This document shows positions 1-9,338 of a stretch of DNA of 61,494 bases, piece by piece. Below the pieces are notes generated by a model. The model saw only the letters and a list, made by a program, of their open reading frames with translations. It was not told where the DNA came from and did no database searches. The stretch is from Candidatus Omnitrophota bacterium. Lineage in GTDB: Bacteria > Omnitrophota > Gorgyraeia > Pluralincolimonadales > Pluralincolimonadaceae. Made by a program: the position numbers and the translations under genes. Location of the stretch: positions 1 to 61,494 of the forward strand of contig JBAZJG010000010.1 in NCBI GenBank assembly GCA_041651455.1. Direction: 5' to 3'. Each line of letters starts with the position of its first letter. The stretch's first letter is position 1.

Positions 1-3000
1 TATACGCGAATGAGAAGGAACCGTTGAGGTAATAGGGGTTCTGCGGGTCCATATAGCCGCCGTAGAAGGTGCCCTGGTAGCTGTCTATGTCGGTGGTGCC
101 GCTGTTGTCCTTGGAGTTGATGTCGCTCTGGGCATAGCCGCCGCTGAGGCCTAGACGGGCCTTATCCCCGAATACGGGGATGTCCCCGCCGAGGGCGGTG
201 CCCCAGACTGTCGCACGGTAGCCGTTGCTGAATCCGCGGGCATCCTGCTTGAGGTACTCGCCGAATCCCCTGCCCCAGACATCCATACCCTTAAGCGACG
301 GGTCTCCGGCGGAGATGCCGGTCTCCTCGGCTTCCCTGGCCTGGGCGAACAGGTCCGAAAGCCTGGCGTTGCTGGTGCCGATGAACTGGCTGAATGAGCT
401 GTTGCTGACGTTAAGGATGCCGCCGTCGACGTTGGGGGTAACGGTGTCGAGGGATTGCCCAGCTTCTTCAGGGGTCGTGCCTTCGAGCGTATCTAGTACA
501 AAGAGCATATCGCCGGCGGGGTTCGTGATATTATCGAGGACTGAAGCGGCCGCGGCCGCATTCCCGTTCCTCGCGTCCGACACAAAGCCGAATCCCGCCC
601 CGGAACGGTCCACGGTAAGGATCAGGTCCCCTCCGACGCTGGAACCTATAAGCCTATACCTGGAATTGTTGGAGGTTATCGTGGCCGGCACGTTCACGCC
701 GGCACCGCCCGTACCGTCGATGACCTTCAGGGCCGCCCTGTTCGGCAGATATCCGCTTACCGTAACGTTAACCGCACTCGCCCCGGAGACCACGGCATCG
801 GAAGCGGACACAATGCTGCCTAAGCTTGAGGCTGAGACGGCGGAAAGCCTTAACGTCGAGCCCGCCGCCTGCGTATATACACCGTTGACATTCAGGGTGG
901 TCGAACCGATGTCCAATGTCGCATTATTCGTGACGGCTCCCGTGCCCAGGGCACCCGCATTGCTTACCTGTAAAGTGCCGCCGTCTATAGTCGTATCCCC
1001 TGTATAGGTATTGGCGCCAGTCAATATTAAGGTCCCGGTACCGTCCTTTGTAAGCGAGAATTTACCTGCGCCTCCGTCAGCGATCAGCCCCGAGAATGTT
1101 GTAGAAGTGCCGTCGCCGTATCCTAACGGCGTACTGCCGACCGTCAGCGTCCTGTCCGCCGCGCCTGAGTTGTTGACGGTCCCGGAGCCCGACAGCGAAC
1201 CTATCGTCTGGCTGAAATTATTCAGGGACATCGTCGCTCCTGACGCGACTGTCACGTCTGAGCCTGCGCCGAACGCCTGCGTCGCTATGCCGGCCTTCAA
1301 CGTGCCCGCGTTCACCGCGGTAGCGCCGGTATAGGTGTTCGCGCCGCTAAGGGTCAGGGTCCCGGCGCCGTTTTTAGCCATCCCTGTTACCGCGCCTATT
1401 GCGCCTGAAATATCAATATCCCCGGCGCCGTCAAGCGTGAGGACGTATGCGCCGCCAATCGCGCTGCTCAGGGTAAGTTTGCCGTCATAAGCGCAGATGG
1501 TCGTATTGCCTGCCTGCGTTATGGACCCGGAGATACTATTATTGGGCCCTAAACTGAATATAGCGCCGAGTCCGCTGGCGCCTGTTCCCTGCACCGAAGT
1601 AATATTATTGTCGATGGTCACGTCCACCCCGTCTTCGTCGAGTTCCAGAGTGGCATTGTCGGCAATGGTCACTCCGCTGCTCGATCCAAGCCCATCAGCG
1701 GTGGTGACGGTAAGTCCGCCGGCGTTAATTATCGTGCTGCCCGTATAGGTGTTTACCCCCGAAAGGCGCAGACTGCCTCTGCCCTCTTTTATCACCGAAC
1801 CGGAACCTATGGCGATCGCGCCACTCACGTCAATCTCGGATGCCTTTGTCCCGGTAAATGTCAGGTCATAATTCGATGTGCTGGTAATGTCGTTGACTAT
1901 GGCAAGCGCACCGGAGACCGCGCCGATCGTCGTGTCCGCGGTCGTTGATATCGCGCCCGAGAGCGTATTATTCCCTCCGGCGTTATTTATAGCCCCTATA
2001 TCCGCGTTGCCGTCGCCCTCTACACTGATGCTGTTCGACAGCGCCAAGCTTCCGGCATCGTCATCGACGGTCCCGAGCAATAAGGAACCGCCGTCATTTA
2101 TATCGACGGTCCCGGAACCGAGCGCATCGTCCACCTTGGCGTCTATAGCACCTGCGTTGATAGCCGTCCCCCCGGAATAAGTATTAGTGCCGCTAAGGTT
2201 CACCACTCCTGTGCCGCTTTTCGTCAGGGCTAAGCTGCCGGTAAGGTTCGATCCGAAGGTATAGTCCTCGTCACTAAGGTTAAAATTGACGGTCGCGGTG
2301 CCGGAGCCTCCGTTAATTCCCGCGGCGTTCAAGGTGCCCGCCGTGCCGCCGTCTCCGATGTTAAGAGTGCCGGTGGAACCGCCGTTACGCCCAAGATTGA
2401 CCGTTCCCGCGCCGCCAGCCACATTGACAGTCGCTCCATCGGAGATGGTAACCGTGCCGACGCCGTCTTCGCCTATAGTAAGCCCGGTGGAGTTTGTCCA
2501 TGTTGAACCGGAACCGCTGATGGCCACCGTTCCTGTAGCGGCACCGCCACGCCCGGCCATACCGACAGTATTACTTACGGCAGCTCCGTCGGAGATGTTT
2601 AAGGTCCCTGTATCCCAGCAGCCTACATACAAGTAACCGGTCAACGCAAAAGTTGAGCCTGTGCCGGTAATATTAACGGTACTGTCAGAGCCTGCGTTAC
2701 TTCCTATAAAACCGGTATAAGCACTAACGTCGGCGCCGCCGGATATATCCATCGTGCAGTCATCGTTATATCCGATGTACATATCGCTTTCGGTTGTTAA
2801 AGCGGACCCGTCGCCGGTGATGTAGATGGTGGCCGTGGAGCCGGTATTAGTTGCGAAGAAACCGCTGCCGCCGCTTAATGAACCGCCGTCGGAGATGGTA
2901 AGGGTGCAGGCGCCGGAATTGCCGACATAAAGGTCGCGGCCTGTGAAAGTAGAGCCGGCACCGGAAACGGTAACGCTGCCTGTGGAACCGGCAGAACTGC

Positions 3001-3634
3001 CGATATACACGTCTAATGTGTTGGTCATACTGCCGCCGCCGGAGACGGTAAGGGTGCCGTTGCCGGAATTGCCGACATAAAGATTGCTGGCATTCTGCAG
3101 GGTCGAGCCGCTGCCGGTAACGGTCAAAGTGCCTGTACTTCCGGCGTTGGATGCGATGTATACCCCTCCGTTTGATACCGCAAGATCGCCCCCGTTGGAG
3201 ACGGTCAAGGCACCCGTAGCGGCCTCGCCTATGACCAGCCCCCACGTATTCGTCCAGTTGGAGCCGGAACCTATGTTCAATACACCGGTAGTCGCGCCGT
3301 CGAACTTGGTCCAGCTGGTGCAGCCGCCGACATAATTCTCAAGGGTAACATTATAGCTGTTGAGGTCGAACACCGTTTCGAACCCCAGGGACGTAGTGTA
3401 ACCGGTCAGGTCTATAGTGCCGGAGGCAGAACTTTCATTGAATTCTATGCTGCCGGAAGCGGCGCTTGTATTTAAGCCGTCTATCGCGCTGCTGAGGGAG
3501 CCGCCTCCTGAAGAATTGTAGTTCGTGACGGTAAATGAATCTGCGTAGACAGAAGCGAAGGAAAAGATAACGACAGAACTGAGGAATAAGCAGAGAGTTT
3601 TCACATAGTTGGAGGTATTTTTATGTGTATGCAC
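1..3634 (-). CDS. Autotransporter (type Va) adhesin-like protein, 3'-truncated by the window edge: signal peptide, G-rich beta-strand repeats, PATR repeats, onset of the beta-barrel translocator
   Basis: The gene is absent from the ORF track because it has no stop inside the window. My own minus-strand translation from GTG 3634..3632 (GGAGG 5 nt upstream) stays open to position 2. It begins with the signal peptide VHTHKNTSNYVKTLCLFLSSVVIFSFASVYA. About 30-aa repeats follow (GTLTVSGGGS..YVGNSG..GSVTVSGAGSTF). There are four PATR-like units (KSGTGVVNLSGTNTYSGGTAINAG, KEGRGSLRLSGVNTYTGSTIINAGGLTV, KNGAGTLTLSGANTYTGATAVNAGTLKAG, KDGTGTLILTGANTYTGDTTIDGGTLQV). The barrel onset reads DVWGRGFGEYLKQDARGFSNGYRATVWGTALGGD. 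Confidence 0.85.
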   Translation of the reverse strand, partial: MHTHKNTSNYVKTLCLFLSSVVIFSFASVYADSFTVTNYNSSGGGSLSSAIDGLNTSAASGSIEFNESSASGTIDLTGYTTSLGFETVFDLNSYNVTLENYVGGCTSWTKFDGATTGVLNIGSGSNWTNTWGLVIGEAATGALTVSNGGDLAVSNGGVYIASNAGSTGTLTVTGSGSTLQNASNLYVGNSGNGTLTVSGGGSMTNTLDVYIGSSAGSTGSVTVSGAGSTFTGRDLYVGNSGACTLTISDGGSLSGGSGFFATNTGSTATIYITGDGSALTTESDMYIGYNDDCTMDISGGADVSAYTGFIGSNAGSDSTVNITGTGSTFALTGYLYVGCWDTGTLNISDGAAVSNTVGMAGRGGAATGTVAISGSGSTWTNSTGLTIGEDGVGTVTISDGATVNVAGGAGTVNLGRNGGSTGTLNIGDGGTAGTLNAAGINGGSGTATVNFNLSDEDYTFGSNLTGSLALTKSGTGVVNLSGTNTYSGGTAINAGAIDAKVDDALGSGTVDINDGGSLLLGTVDDDAGSLALSNSISVEGDGNADIGAINNAGGNNTLSGAISTTADTTIGAVSGALAIVNDITSTSNYDLTFTGTKASEIDVSGAIAIGSGSVIKEGRGSLRLSGVNTYTGSTIINAGGLTVTTADGLGSSSGVTIADNATLELDEDGVDVTIDNNITSVQGTGASGLGAIFSLGPNNSISGSITQAGNTTICAYDGKLTLSSAIGGAYVLTLDGAGDIDISGAIGAVTGMAKNGAGTLTLSGANTYTGATAVNAGTLKAGIATQAFGAGSDVTVASGATMSLNNFSQTIGSLSGSGTVNNSGAADRTLTVGSTPLGYGDGTSTTFSGLIADGGAGKFSLTKDGTGTLILTGANTYTGDTTIDGGTLQVSNAGALGTGAVTNNATLDIGSTTLNVNGVYTQAAGSTLRLSAVSASSLGSIVSASDAVVSGASAVNVTVSGYLPNRAALKVIDGTGGAGVNVPATITSNNSRYRLIGSSVGGDLILTVDRSGAGFGFVSDARNGNAAAAASVLDNITNPAGDMLFVLDTLEGTTPEEAGQSLDTVTPNVDGGILNVSNSSFSQFIGTSNARLSDLFAQAREAEETGISAGDPSLKGMDVWGRGFGEYLKQDARGFSNGYRATVWGTALGGDIPVFGDKARLGLSGGYAQSDINSKDNSGTTDIDSYQGTFYGGYMDPQNPYYLNGSFSFAY

Positions 3635-3696
3635 GGTATCCTCCATTTTTGACCACGACGCTTAATTATGTCAAATCAGAATAAGAGAGAAATTAA

Positions 3697-3775
3697 TGGC
3701 GGGCCCGACGAGATTTGAACTCGCGGTCTTCAGATCGACAATCTGACGTGCTAGACCAGGCTGCACCACGGGCCC
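3697..3775 (-). tRNA. tRNA-Asp (anticodon GTC), CCA encoded
   Basis: Hand-folded cloverleaf. Acceptor GGGCCCG/CGGGCCC; D stem GTGC/GCAC; anticodon stem TCAGA/TCTGA with loop TTGTCGA; T arm GCGAG-TTCAAAT-CTCGT; discriminator G followed by CCA. Confidence 0.9.
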
Positions 3776-3881
3776 GCGAAAAATCCAAGTTACTCTTCGT
3801 TCAAAGCGCCGGCTGGATTTCCGCAGAAATCCGTCTCGGCTGAACTCAGAGTGATTCATTACCCCCTTATAGGGGAATCTA

Positions 3882-3958
3882 TGGTGGGCACTAGAGGACT
3901 TGAACCTCTGACCCTCTGCGTGTAAAGCAGATGCTCTAACCAACTGAGCTAAGCGCCC
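3882..3958 (-). tRNA. tRNA-Val (anticodon TAC), CCA encoded
   Basis: Hand-folded cloverleaf. Acceptor GGGCGCT/AGTGCCC; D stem GCTC/GAGC; anticodon stem TCTGC/GCAGA with loop TTTACAC; T arm AGAGG-TTCAAGT-CCTCT; A followed by CCA. Confidence 0.9.
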
Positions 3959-3971
3959 GAGTAGAGTATGT

Positions 3972-4000
3972 AAAATACCATAAAAAAGAGCGGGTGTCAA
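3972..4000 (-). promoter_or_regulatory. Sigma70-like promoter for the tRNA-Val/tRNA-Asp pair
   Basis: The minus strand reads TTGACA (4000..3995), a 17-nt spacer, then TATTTT (3977..3972). This ends 13 nt upstream of the tRNA-Val 5' end. Confidence 0.4.
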
Positions 4001-4030
4001 CCCCGGCTTTCAGCCGGGACAGGCCTCGAC

Positions 4031-5146
4031 CTATCGCGCTTTAAACGCCTGCGCCATCCTCACGCGCTTGCCGATCGGCGGGTGGTCATACAGGAATATC
4101 TCTTCCAGCCGTCCCGGCTCCTTATCTGAAAGGTTCTGGTCCCCGAGCTTGTTCATCATGGATATGAAAGCGTCGGGATGCTGGGTTATCTCGAGAGCGA
4201 AACGGTCCGCCTGCCTCTCGAACGCCCTGCTGATGCCGTTCTGGATGGGCATCATCAGCAGCGCAAAGAATGTGAATATCAGCGCAAGCAGCGGGAATCC
4301 TGCAAGGTCCGACACGCCGCGCAGCCCAGCCATCTCCGAGAACCTCTCGAACACCAGACTGGCGGCGTAAAAACCCGCGAAGGACGTTATCGCCCCGAAA
4401 ACGAGTATCTTGGCTATATGCCCGCGCCTGTGGTGGCCTAATTCATGCGCGAGGACGACCTCTATCTCCTCGTGCGAATATTCCTTGAGCAACGTGTCCC
4501 CGAGCAGTATCCTGCGCGTCTTGCCGAGGCCCGCGAGCGCGGCGTTCGCCTTGACCGTCTTGCTGCTGAGGTCTATCTCGTAGACGCCGTTGACCTTCGC
4601 GCCGCATTTCGCGGCGAGGTTCAGCACGCGCGAGCGAAGGTCCTCGTCGGTAAGCTGCTTTATCTTGAAGAACAGCGGCAATATCACTATCGGGGCGACC
4701 CTGCTGAGGACTATCGTAAAGAGGACCCAGAACGCGGCGGTCCACGCCCACCAGGCCCTGTCGGAGCTCCTTAGAAAAAAATACAGCATCTCCGTGAGGA
4801 CGAAGAACATCCCGCCGCTGAGCGCGAGCTTCTTGAAGTAATCCTTGAGCCATCCGGAGAAGCTCTGGTTGGAGAGCGAGAATTTGCGCTCTATCGAATA
4901 GCCCTGGTACATGTCGAGCGTGAACGTCACCGCCGTGAAGACGGCCCCGAATACGGCGTAATAGACAGCCGTCGAGGCCCACGGGTTATCCGAGATATGC
5001 TCTGCAAAGTTGCGTATCCATACGGAGGGCCCCTGCGTGGCCATCACATAGAGGAAGAGCACGGTCAGCACGAGCTCCACGCCGAAGAGAATGCTCTTTA
5101 TCCGCGAATATCTTTTCGCGGGTTCCTGAGTCAGGTAGCCTATCAT
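4031..5146 (-). CDS. M48-family (Ste24/HtpX-like) zinc metallopeptidase, polytopic membrane protein
   Basis: HELGHH zinc motif (VLAHELGHHRRGH) and multiple hydrophobic helices. I moved the start to ATG 5146..5144, which overlaps the upstream TGA as ATGA. The track ORF runs to 5233, 90 nt into the upstream gene. Confidence 0.85.
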   Translation of the reverse strand: MIGYLTQEPAKRYSRIKSILFGVELVLTVLFLYVMATQGPSVWIRNFAEHISDNPWASTAVYYAVFGAVFTAVTFTLDMYQGYSIERKFSLSNQSFSGWLKDYFKKLALSGGMFFVLTEMLYFFLRSSDRAWWAWTAAFWVLFTIVLSRVAPIVILPLFFKIKQLTDEDLRSRVLNLAAKCGAKVNGVYEIDLSSKTVKANAALAGLGKTRRILLGDTLLKEYSHEEIEVVLAHELGHHRRGHIAKILVFGAITSFAGFYAASLVFERFSEMAGLRGVSDLAGFPLLALIFTFFALLMMPIQNGISRAFERQADRFALEITQHPDAFISMMNKLGDQNLSDKEPGRLEEIFLYDHPPIGKRVRMAQAFKAR

Positions 5147-5673
5147 TTCGCCTGTTGCAGGTATATCTTGCGTATCTCGTTGAAGATATCGACATACTCC
5201 CTCGTCTGGTAATCGCGGTAGGTCCATTCCCACGGCAGGAACGACCTGTCGACGTAACGCAGGGTTATCTCGGCGAATACGCCGCTGTTGAGGTATATCC
5301 TGTGCGCGTTATCTTTTGTCGTCGCGAGTATAAGTTTCGCGTCGGTCACGTATCCCGGGTCTATGTTTATCCTGCGCGACGGCTTCCCGCGCTCCCTGCT
5401 GAGGCCGAGCTCCATATTGTTGGTCATGTGTTTTATCTTCGGCAGTATCTCGGGGTTCACGAGCTTCCTGAACGATATGAACTGCCTCTTGAGGTTCTGC
5501 CCCATCTCCGGCGCGTAATAGTCCGTATACGAGAAATCCAAAAGCGCGGTCCTGAAATCTATCTTGCCGAACTTCCATTCAAGCTGCTTCTCCACCTTCA
5601 TGATCAGGTCGGGCTCGTTCGATATCATCCCGACGACCAGCTTCACAGGTTTGTGCGACTTTGCTGCCCCCAT
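5143..5673 (-). CDS. DUF4416-family protein
   Basis: The 176-aa product carries the family-typical blocks FSYTDYYAPEMG, RINIDPGYV..KLILATTK..HRIYL and WTYRDY. GGAGG lies 5 nt upstream of the ATG. Confidence 0.7.
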   Translation of the reverse strand: MGAAKSHKPVKLVVGMISNEPDLIMKVEKQLEWKFGKIDFRTALLDFSYTDYYAPEMGQNLKRQFISFRKLVNPEILPKIKHMTNNMELGLSRERGKPSRRINIDPGYVTDAKLILATTKDNAHRIYLNSGVFAEITLRYVDRSFLPWEWTYRDYQTREYVDIFNEIRKIYLQQAK

Positions 5674-5697
5674 TTAACCCTCCTAATATTTTAACGT

Positions 5698-6333
5698 TTA
5701 TTTCCCTTTGCACGCCTTGACGCAAATACCGCAGATCGAATGGCCTATCCCCGGCCTGCTGGCAAAGGTCTTCAGCAGCCCGCGGCATGCCTCTACATCC
5801 AGATCCTTCGAATCCTTCTTTATCGCTTTTGCCGGGCATAGCGGGATACACGCCGTGCACGTGCCGCATCCGGCTTTCACGGGTCTGCCGGCTTTGAGCG
5901 GCATGTCTGTCAGGACGGTCGCGTACCTGACGGACGCGCCGAACTCCGGGCTCACAAGCAGGCCCGAACGCCCGATATACCCGTTCCCTGCGAGATACCC
6001 TATCTTCTTGTGGGATACTGCGCCGCGCATGCGGTCCCAGTCCTCGATCAAGCTCGCGGGGACGGGAAGCGCGGAATAGCCGCAGTCCTGGATATGGTTG
6101 GAGATCTTCAGGGCGAGCTCATCCAGCAGTGAGTTCACCCTCTTATAATGGAAAGCGTAGATCCTTGACGGCTGGTCCGTGACGGTCGATACGACTCTCT
6201 GCGAAAGGCGCACGCCTATAGAGATGCCGCGGTCGAGCCCGTCGCAGGCCGACCTCGGCTCGAAGCAGAACGTATCCTTTATCTTGGATATGTCCGCGAC
6301 TCCGAATACCGACGCGCCGCCTTCGGCGGCCAT
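5698..6333 (-). CDS. QueG-like (epoxyqueuosine reductase / reductive-dehalogenase superfamily) 4Fe-4S protein, short form
   Basis: Motifs GYIGRSGLLVSPEFGASVRYATVLTD, CGTCTACIPLCP and CGICVKAC. Start is taken at ATG 6333 (MAAEGG), 20 nt after the surE stop. The track start at 6393 overlaps surE. Confidence 0.65.
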   Translation of the reverse strand: MAAEGGASVFGVADISKIKDTFCFEPRSACDGLDRGISIGVRLSQRVVSTVTDQPSRIYAFHYKRVNSLLDELALKISNHIQDCGYSALPVPASLIEDWDRMRGAVSHKKIGYLAGNGYIGRSGLLVSPEFGASVRYATVLTDMPLKAGRPVKAGCGTCTACIPLCPAKAIKKDSKDLDVEACRGLLKTFASRPGIGHSICGICVKACKGK

Positions 6334-6352
6334 GGCCTTCAGTTTCCTGTAA

Positions 6353-7126
6353 TTACTTAAAGAGTTTTTTGCCCGCATCCGATAATATCTCAAGGTCCTT
6401 GTAATCTGTCATGTCGTAGTGCAGCGGCGTTATCGATATATAACCGTCGCGGACGGCGACCGCGTCGACCATCCCGTCGCCTGCGACCTCCGCCTTGTGG
6501 CTGCACAGCCAGTAATAGACGCGTTTGTTCGGGTCCTCGCGCCTGTCGTAGCTCTCCCTGTAAAACGTCGACATCCCCTGCCGCGTTATCTTTACGCCCT
6601 TTATCCTCGACGCCGGGAGCGCCGGGACGTTCACGTTCAGCAGCGTATTGACCGGCAGCTTCTTTTCGAGCATCATTTTCGCGAGTTTCCGCGCGAAATC
6701 CACGGCGGCCTCGTATCTCGCCCACTTGAACGAGTTCAGCGACACCGCGAACGACGGCACACCCAGTATGGCGCCCTCGGTCGCGCCTGATACGGTCCCG
6801 GAATAGAGCACGTTGACGCCGAGGTTGGGCCCGCGGTTCACGCCCGATATTATAAGGTCGGGCTTGTGCTTCTTCATTATGGACATCATCGCTATCTTCA
6901 CGCAATCGGCCGGCGTGCCAGATATCGCATAGCCGAAGAACTTGCCCTCGTGGCTCGTCTCATTGACGCGAAGCGGCACCGATAGCGTTATCGCGTGGCC
7001 CTGCGCGGAGCGTTCCGCGTCGGGCGCGACGACCGTCACCTCGCCCAGTGTCTTTATCCTGCGGTAAAGCTCGAGGATGCCCGGCGAATGTATCCCGTCG
7101 TCGTTGGTCAGCAATATCCGTTTCAC
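6353..7126 (-). CDS. surE: 5'/3'-nucleotidase SurE
   Basis: The N-terminus MKRILLTNDDGIHSPGI is the SurE signature. The GTG start forms GTGA with the upstream stop. Confidence 0.9.
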   Translation of the reverse strand: MKRILLTNDDGIHSPGILELYRRIKTLGEVTVVAPDAERSAQGHAITLSVPLRVNETSHEGKFFGYAISGTPADCVKIAMMSIMKKHKPDLIISGVNRGPNLGVNVLYSGTVSGATEGAILGVPSFAVSLNSFKWARYEAAVDFARKLAKMMLEKKLPVNTLLNVNVPALPASRIKGVKITRQGMSTFYRESYDRREDPNKRVYYWLCSHKAEVAGDGMVDAVAVRDGYISITPLHYDMTDYKDLEILSDAGKKLFK

Positions 7127-8196
7127 GGCTTCTCCACGAGTTCGTAATCCAAGCTGCCGAGGCCTATCTTTGCGCCGTATTCAAGCTGCCTCGCCCATTC
7201 TATGCGCGGCCATTCCCTCTTGAACGCGTCCGCATTCGCGGCGGCGTTGACCATGTCGGCCGAGGCCTTGTCTATCGCTATGGGGTCCGTCGAGGCGAAT
7301 ATCCCCGCGTCGGGTGCGACAGCCGGCTCGTCTTTCGCAAGGCAGTCGCATTCCTTAGTTATCTTCAAGGCGTAATTCAGGAACAATATCTTTCCCTTCT
7401 TGTCGTTCATTACGCCGAGAGCGAACTCGGCCATCTTCTCCTGGACGTTGCCGCTTGATTCGCCCCATGATATGCTTATCGCGTCGCTGCGGCATGCGAC
7501 GAGGCAGTCCGCGCAGCCGATGCATTTCTTCTCGTCTATGAGCGCCGTTTTGTTTTTCATGGTTATCGCGCCGGCGGGGCAGTGCTTTATGCAGAGACCG
7601 CAGCCTATGCACTTGTCTTTTATTACCGACGGCTTTACGCCCGAATGCTGCATGAGCTTTCCTGCGCGTGTCGCGAAACCCATGCCGAGGTTCTTGACCG
7701 CGCTCGCAAACCCGGTCACCATATGGCCCGTCACGTGCGACATCACGACCGCCGCGTCAGCGTCCACGCACGCGCGCGATATCTTGACCGACTTATAGTG
7801 GTTCCCCGCGATCTTAACTTCGGAGTCGTTGCCCGAGCGCAATCCATCGGCAATAAGGACCGGCGCGCCGCAAACATCCGGCGTGAAGCCGTGCTCGTAA
7901 GCAAGGTTCGTGTGGTCGACGGCGTTCGTCCTCTGTCCGAGGTAGAGCGTGTTCGAATCGGTAAAGAACGGTTTCCCGCCGAGCGCGCCGACTTCGTCAG
8001 CGACGAACCTCGCGTGGCGTGCGTCGATATGGCCGGTATTGCCCTTCTCGCCGAACGTCAGTTTCAGCGCGACCAGCGAACCCTTGCTTATTATATCCTT
8101 CAGGCCGGCGCTCTTGAGCAGCCAGCGCGTCTTCTCGCCGATCGACTCGAGGCCCTCGTCCTTCCTCGCTTTTACGAAAAATACCTTCGGCTTCAT
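7123..8196 (-). CDS. DUF362 domain protein with an internal 2x[4Fe-4S] ferredoxin module
   Basis: DUF362-type N-terminus (VALKLTFGEKGNTGHI..FFTDSNTLY). Two CxxCxxCxxxCP motifs are present (CIGCGLCIKHCP, CIGCADCLVAC). Confidence 0.75.
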   Translation of the reverse strand: MKPKVFFVKARKDEGLESIGEKTRWLLKSAGLKDIISKGSLVALKLTFGEKGNTGHIDARHARFVADEVGALGGKPFFTDSNTLYLGQRTNAVDHTNLAYEHGFTPDVCGAPVLIADGLRSGNDSEVKIAGNHYKSVKISRACVDADAAVVMSHVTGHMVTGFASAVKNLGMGFATRAGKLMQHSGVKPSVIKDKCIGCGLCIKHCPAGAITMKNKTALIDEKKCIGCADCLVACRSDAISISWGESSGNVQEKMAEFALGVMNDKKGKILFLNYALKITKECDCLAKDEPAVAPDAGIFASTDPIAIDKASADMVNAAANADAFKREWPRIEWARQLEYGAKIGLGSLDYELVEKP

Positions 8197-8684
8197 TTAA
8201 GCTCTATCTCTCTAGCGGTCATCGTCTCGGTGTCCACTATCACCACGGTCGACCTGCCCGTCGTCCAGCCGCCGGTCTCGCCGGGGTTGACGATAAGGCA
8301 TGTCTTCACGACCTTAATGTCGGGCTTATGCGTATGGCCGTGTATCAGCAGGTGGACCTCCTGTCTGTCTATCATCCCGAGGACATCCTGCACATCCTCT
8401 ATCTCGTGCGTGACCACCATCCTTATATTTGACAGGTCGTACCTGTACGGGTGGTCGACTATCATGCCGTTGGATTTCATCGACAGCGCCTTCTTGTCGC
8501 CGTCGTTGTTGCCGAACACCCCGAGCCATTTGCATTTCAGCTTTTCCATCGGCGTGACGGCGAAGGGCGCACAGAAATCCCCGGCATGCACTACAAGGCT
8601 GCATCCTTCCGTGTTGAAGGTGTCCACCGCCTTTTTGACCATCGGGACGTTATCATGGGAATCCGACATTACGCCTATCTTCAT
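8193..8684 (-). CDS. YfcE/MJ0936-family metallophosphoesterase
   Basis: Motifs MKIGVMSDSHDN, VHAGDF, GNND and GHTH, in the order expected for a calcineurin-like phosphoesterase. Confidence 0.85.
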   Translation of the reverse strand: MKIGVMSDSHDNVPMVKKAVDTFNTEGCSLVVHAGDFCAPFAVTPMEKLKCKWLGVFGNNDGDKKALSMKSNGMIVDHPYRYDLSNIRMVVTHEIEDVQDVLGMIDRQEVHLLIHGHTHKPDIKVVKTCLIVNPGETGGWTTGRSTVVIVDTETMTAREIELK

Positions 8685-8708
8685 ATATGATCCTCCTGTT
8701 GTCGAATA

Positions 8709-9338
8709 TTAAACCAGCATTATCACCGAAAGCATGCGGCCTGCGGCGTCCTTCTCTTTCCTGTACGAAAAATATTCCGCGTTCCTGCACGACGTGCATA
8801 TGCCGCAGTCATAAATATTCTTCGATACTACGCCGGCGGAGAGCATCTGCTCCGCGTTCTCGCCCGCTATGTCAAAAAAATGCTTATGCGCCATTTTAAC
8901 AACTGAATCCGGAAAATGCACCAGAAATTCGCTTTTTACCTCATAACAGCACTGCCTCAGCGCGGGGCCGAACCCCACCACAAGCTTCGCCGGGTCGGAG
9001 CCGTACTCCGAGGCCATCATAAGCACGACGGAAGGCGATATCCTCTCCTTCGTGCTGCGCCATCCCGCGTGCGCTATCCCTATCGCCCCGTGTTCCGGGT
9101 CATGGAAGAAGACAGGCAGGCAATCCGCGGTCCTTACCGAAAGTGCGAGGCCTTTCACATCCGTCACGGCCGCGTCTGCGCCCGGGATCTCCGCGGAGAG
9201 GTCCGTCCTGCCGGTTACCTTTACCACCTTGCCTGCGTGGACCTGCTGCAAACGCGCGAGCCGCCCCTCTTTGATGCCGAGCCTCTTTAAAAATTCCTTA
9301 TGAGGCGTCGTCCTGTCAGAAGTCGCTTGTGTTATCAT
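8709..9338 (-). CDS. pgeF: Peptidoglycan editing factor PgeF (YfiH/DUF152 laccase-domain protein)
   Basis: Motifs QVHAGKVV, ADAAVT, RTADCLPVFF and GIAHAGWR. Confidence 0.85.
   Translation of the reverse strand: MITQATSDRTTPHKEFLKRLGIKEGRLARLQQVHAGKVVKVTGRTDLSAEIPGADAAVTDVKGLALSVRTADCLPVFFHDPEHGAIGIAHAGWRSTKERISPSVVLMMASEYGSDPAKLVVGFGPALRQCCYEVKSEFLVHFPDSVVKMAHKHFFDIAGENAEQMLSAGVVSKNIYDCGICTSCRNAEYFSYRKEKDAAGRMLSVIMLV

Noticed and set aside
225-3335. Plus-strand ORFs 225..1007, 1011..1334, 1497..1748, 1878..2180, 2286..2636 and 3084..3335, plus the minus-strand fragment 2847..3245.
   Set aside because: Their translations are low-complexity (P/A/V/S-rich or R-rich), with no start context. They are antisense or off-frame shadows of the continuous minus-strand autotransporter frame, which has an SD, a signal peptide and recognisable repeats.
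3671-4000. A 109-aa minus-strand ORF.
   Set aside because: It spans both tRNA genes and their spacer. The region is explained by tRNA-Asp, tRNA-Val and their promoter.
4001-4018. The hairpin CCCGGCU-GAA-AGCCGGG downstream of the M48 peptidase gene as an intrinsic terminator.
   Set aside because: The 7-bp stem is real, but the T-run lies about 14 nt downstream and overlaps the putative tRNA promoter spacer. The evidence is too weak to list as a feature.
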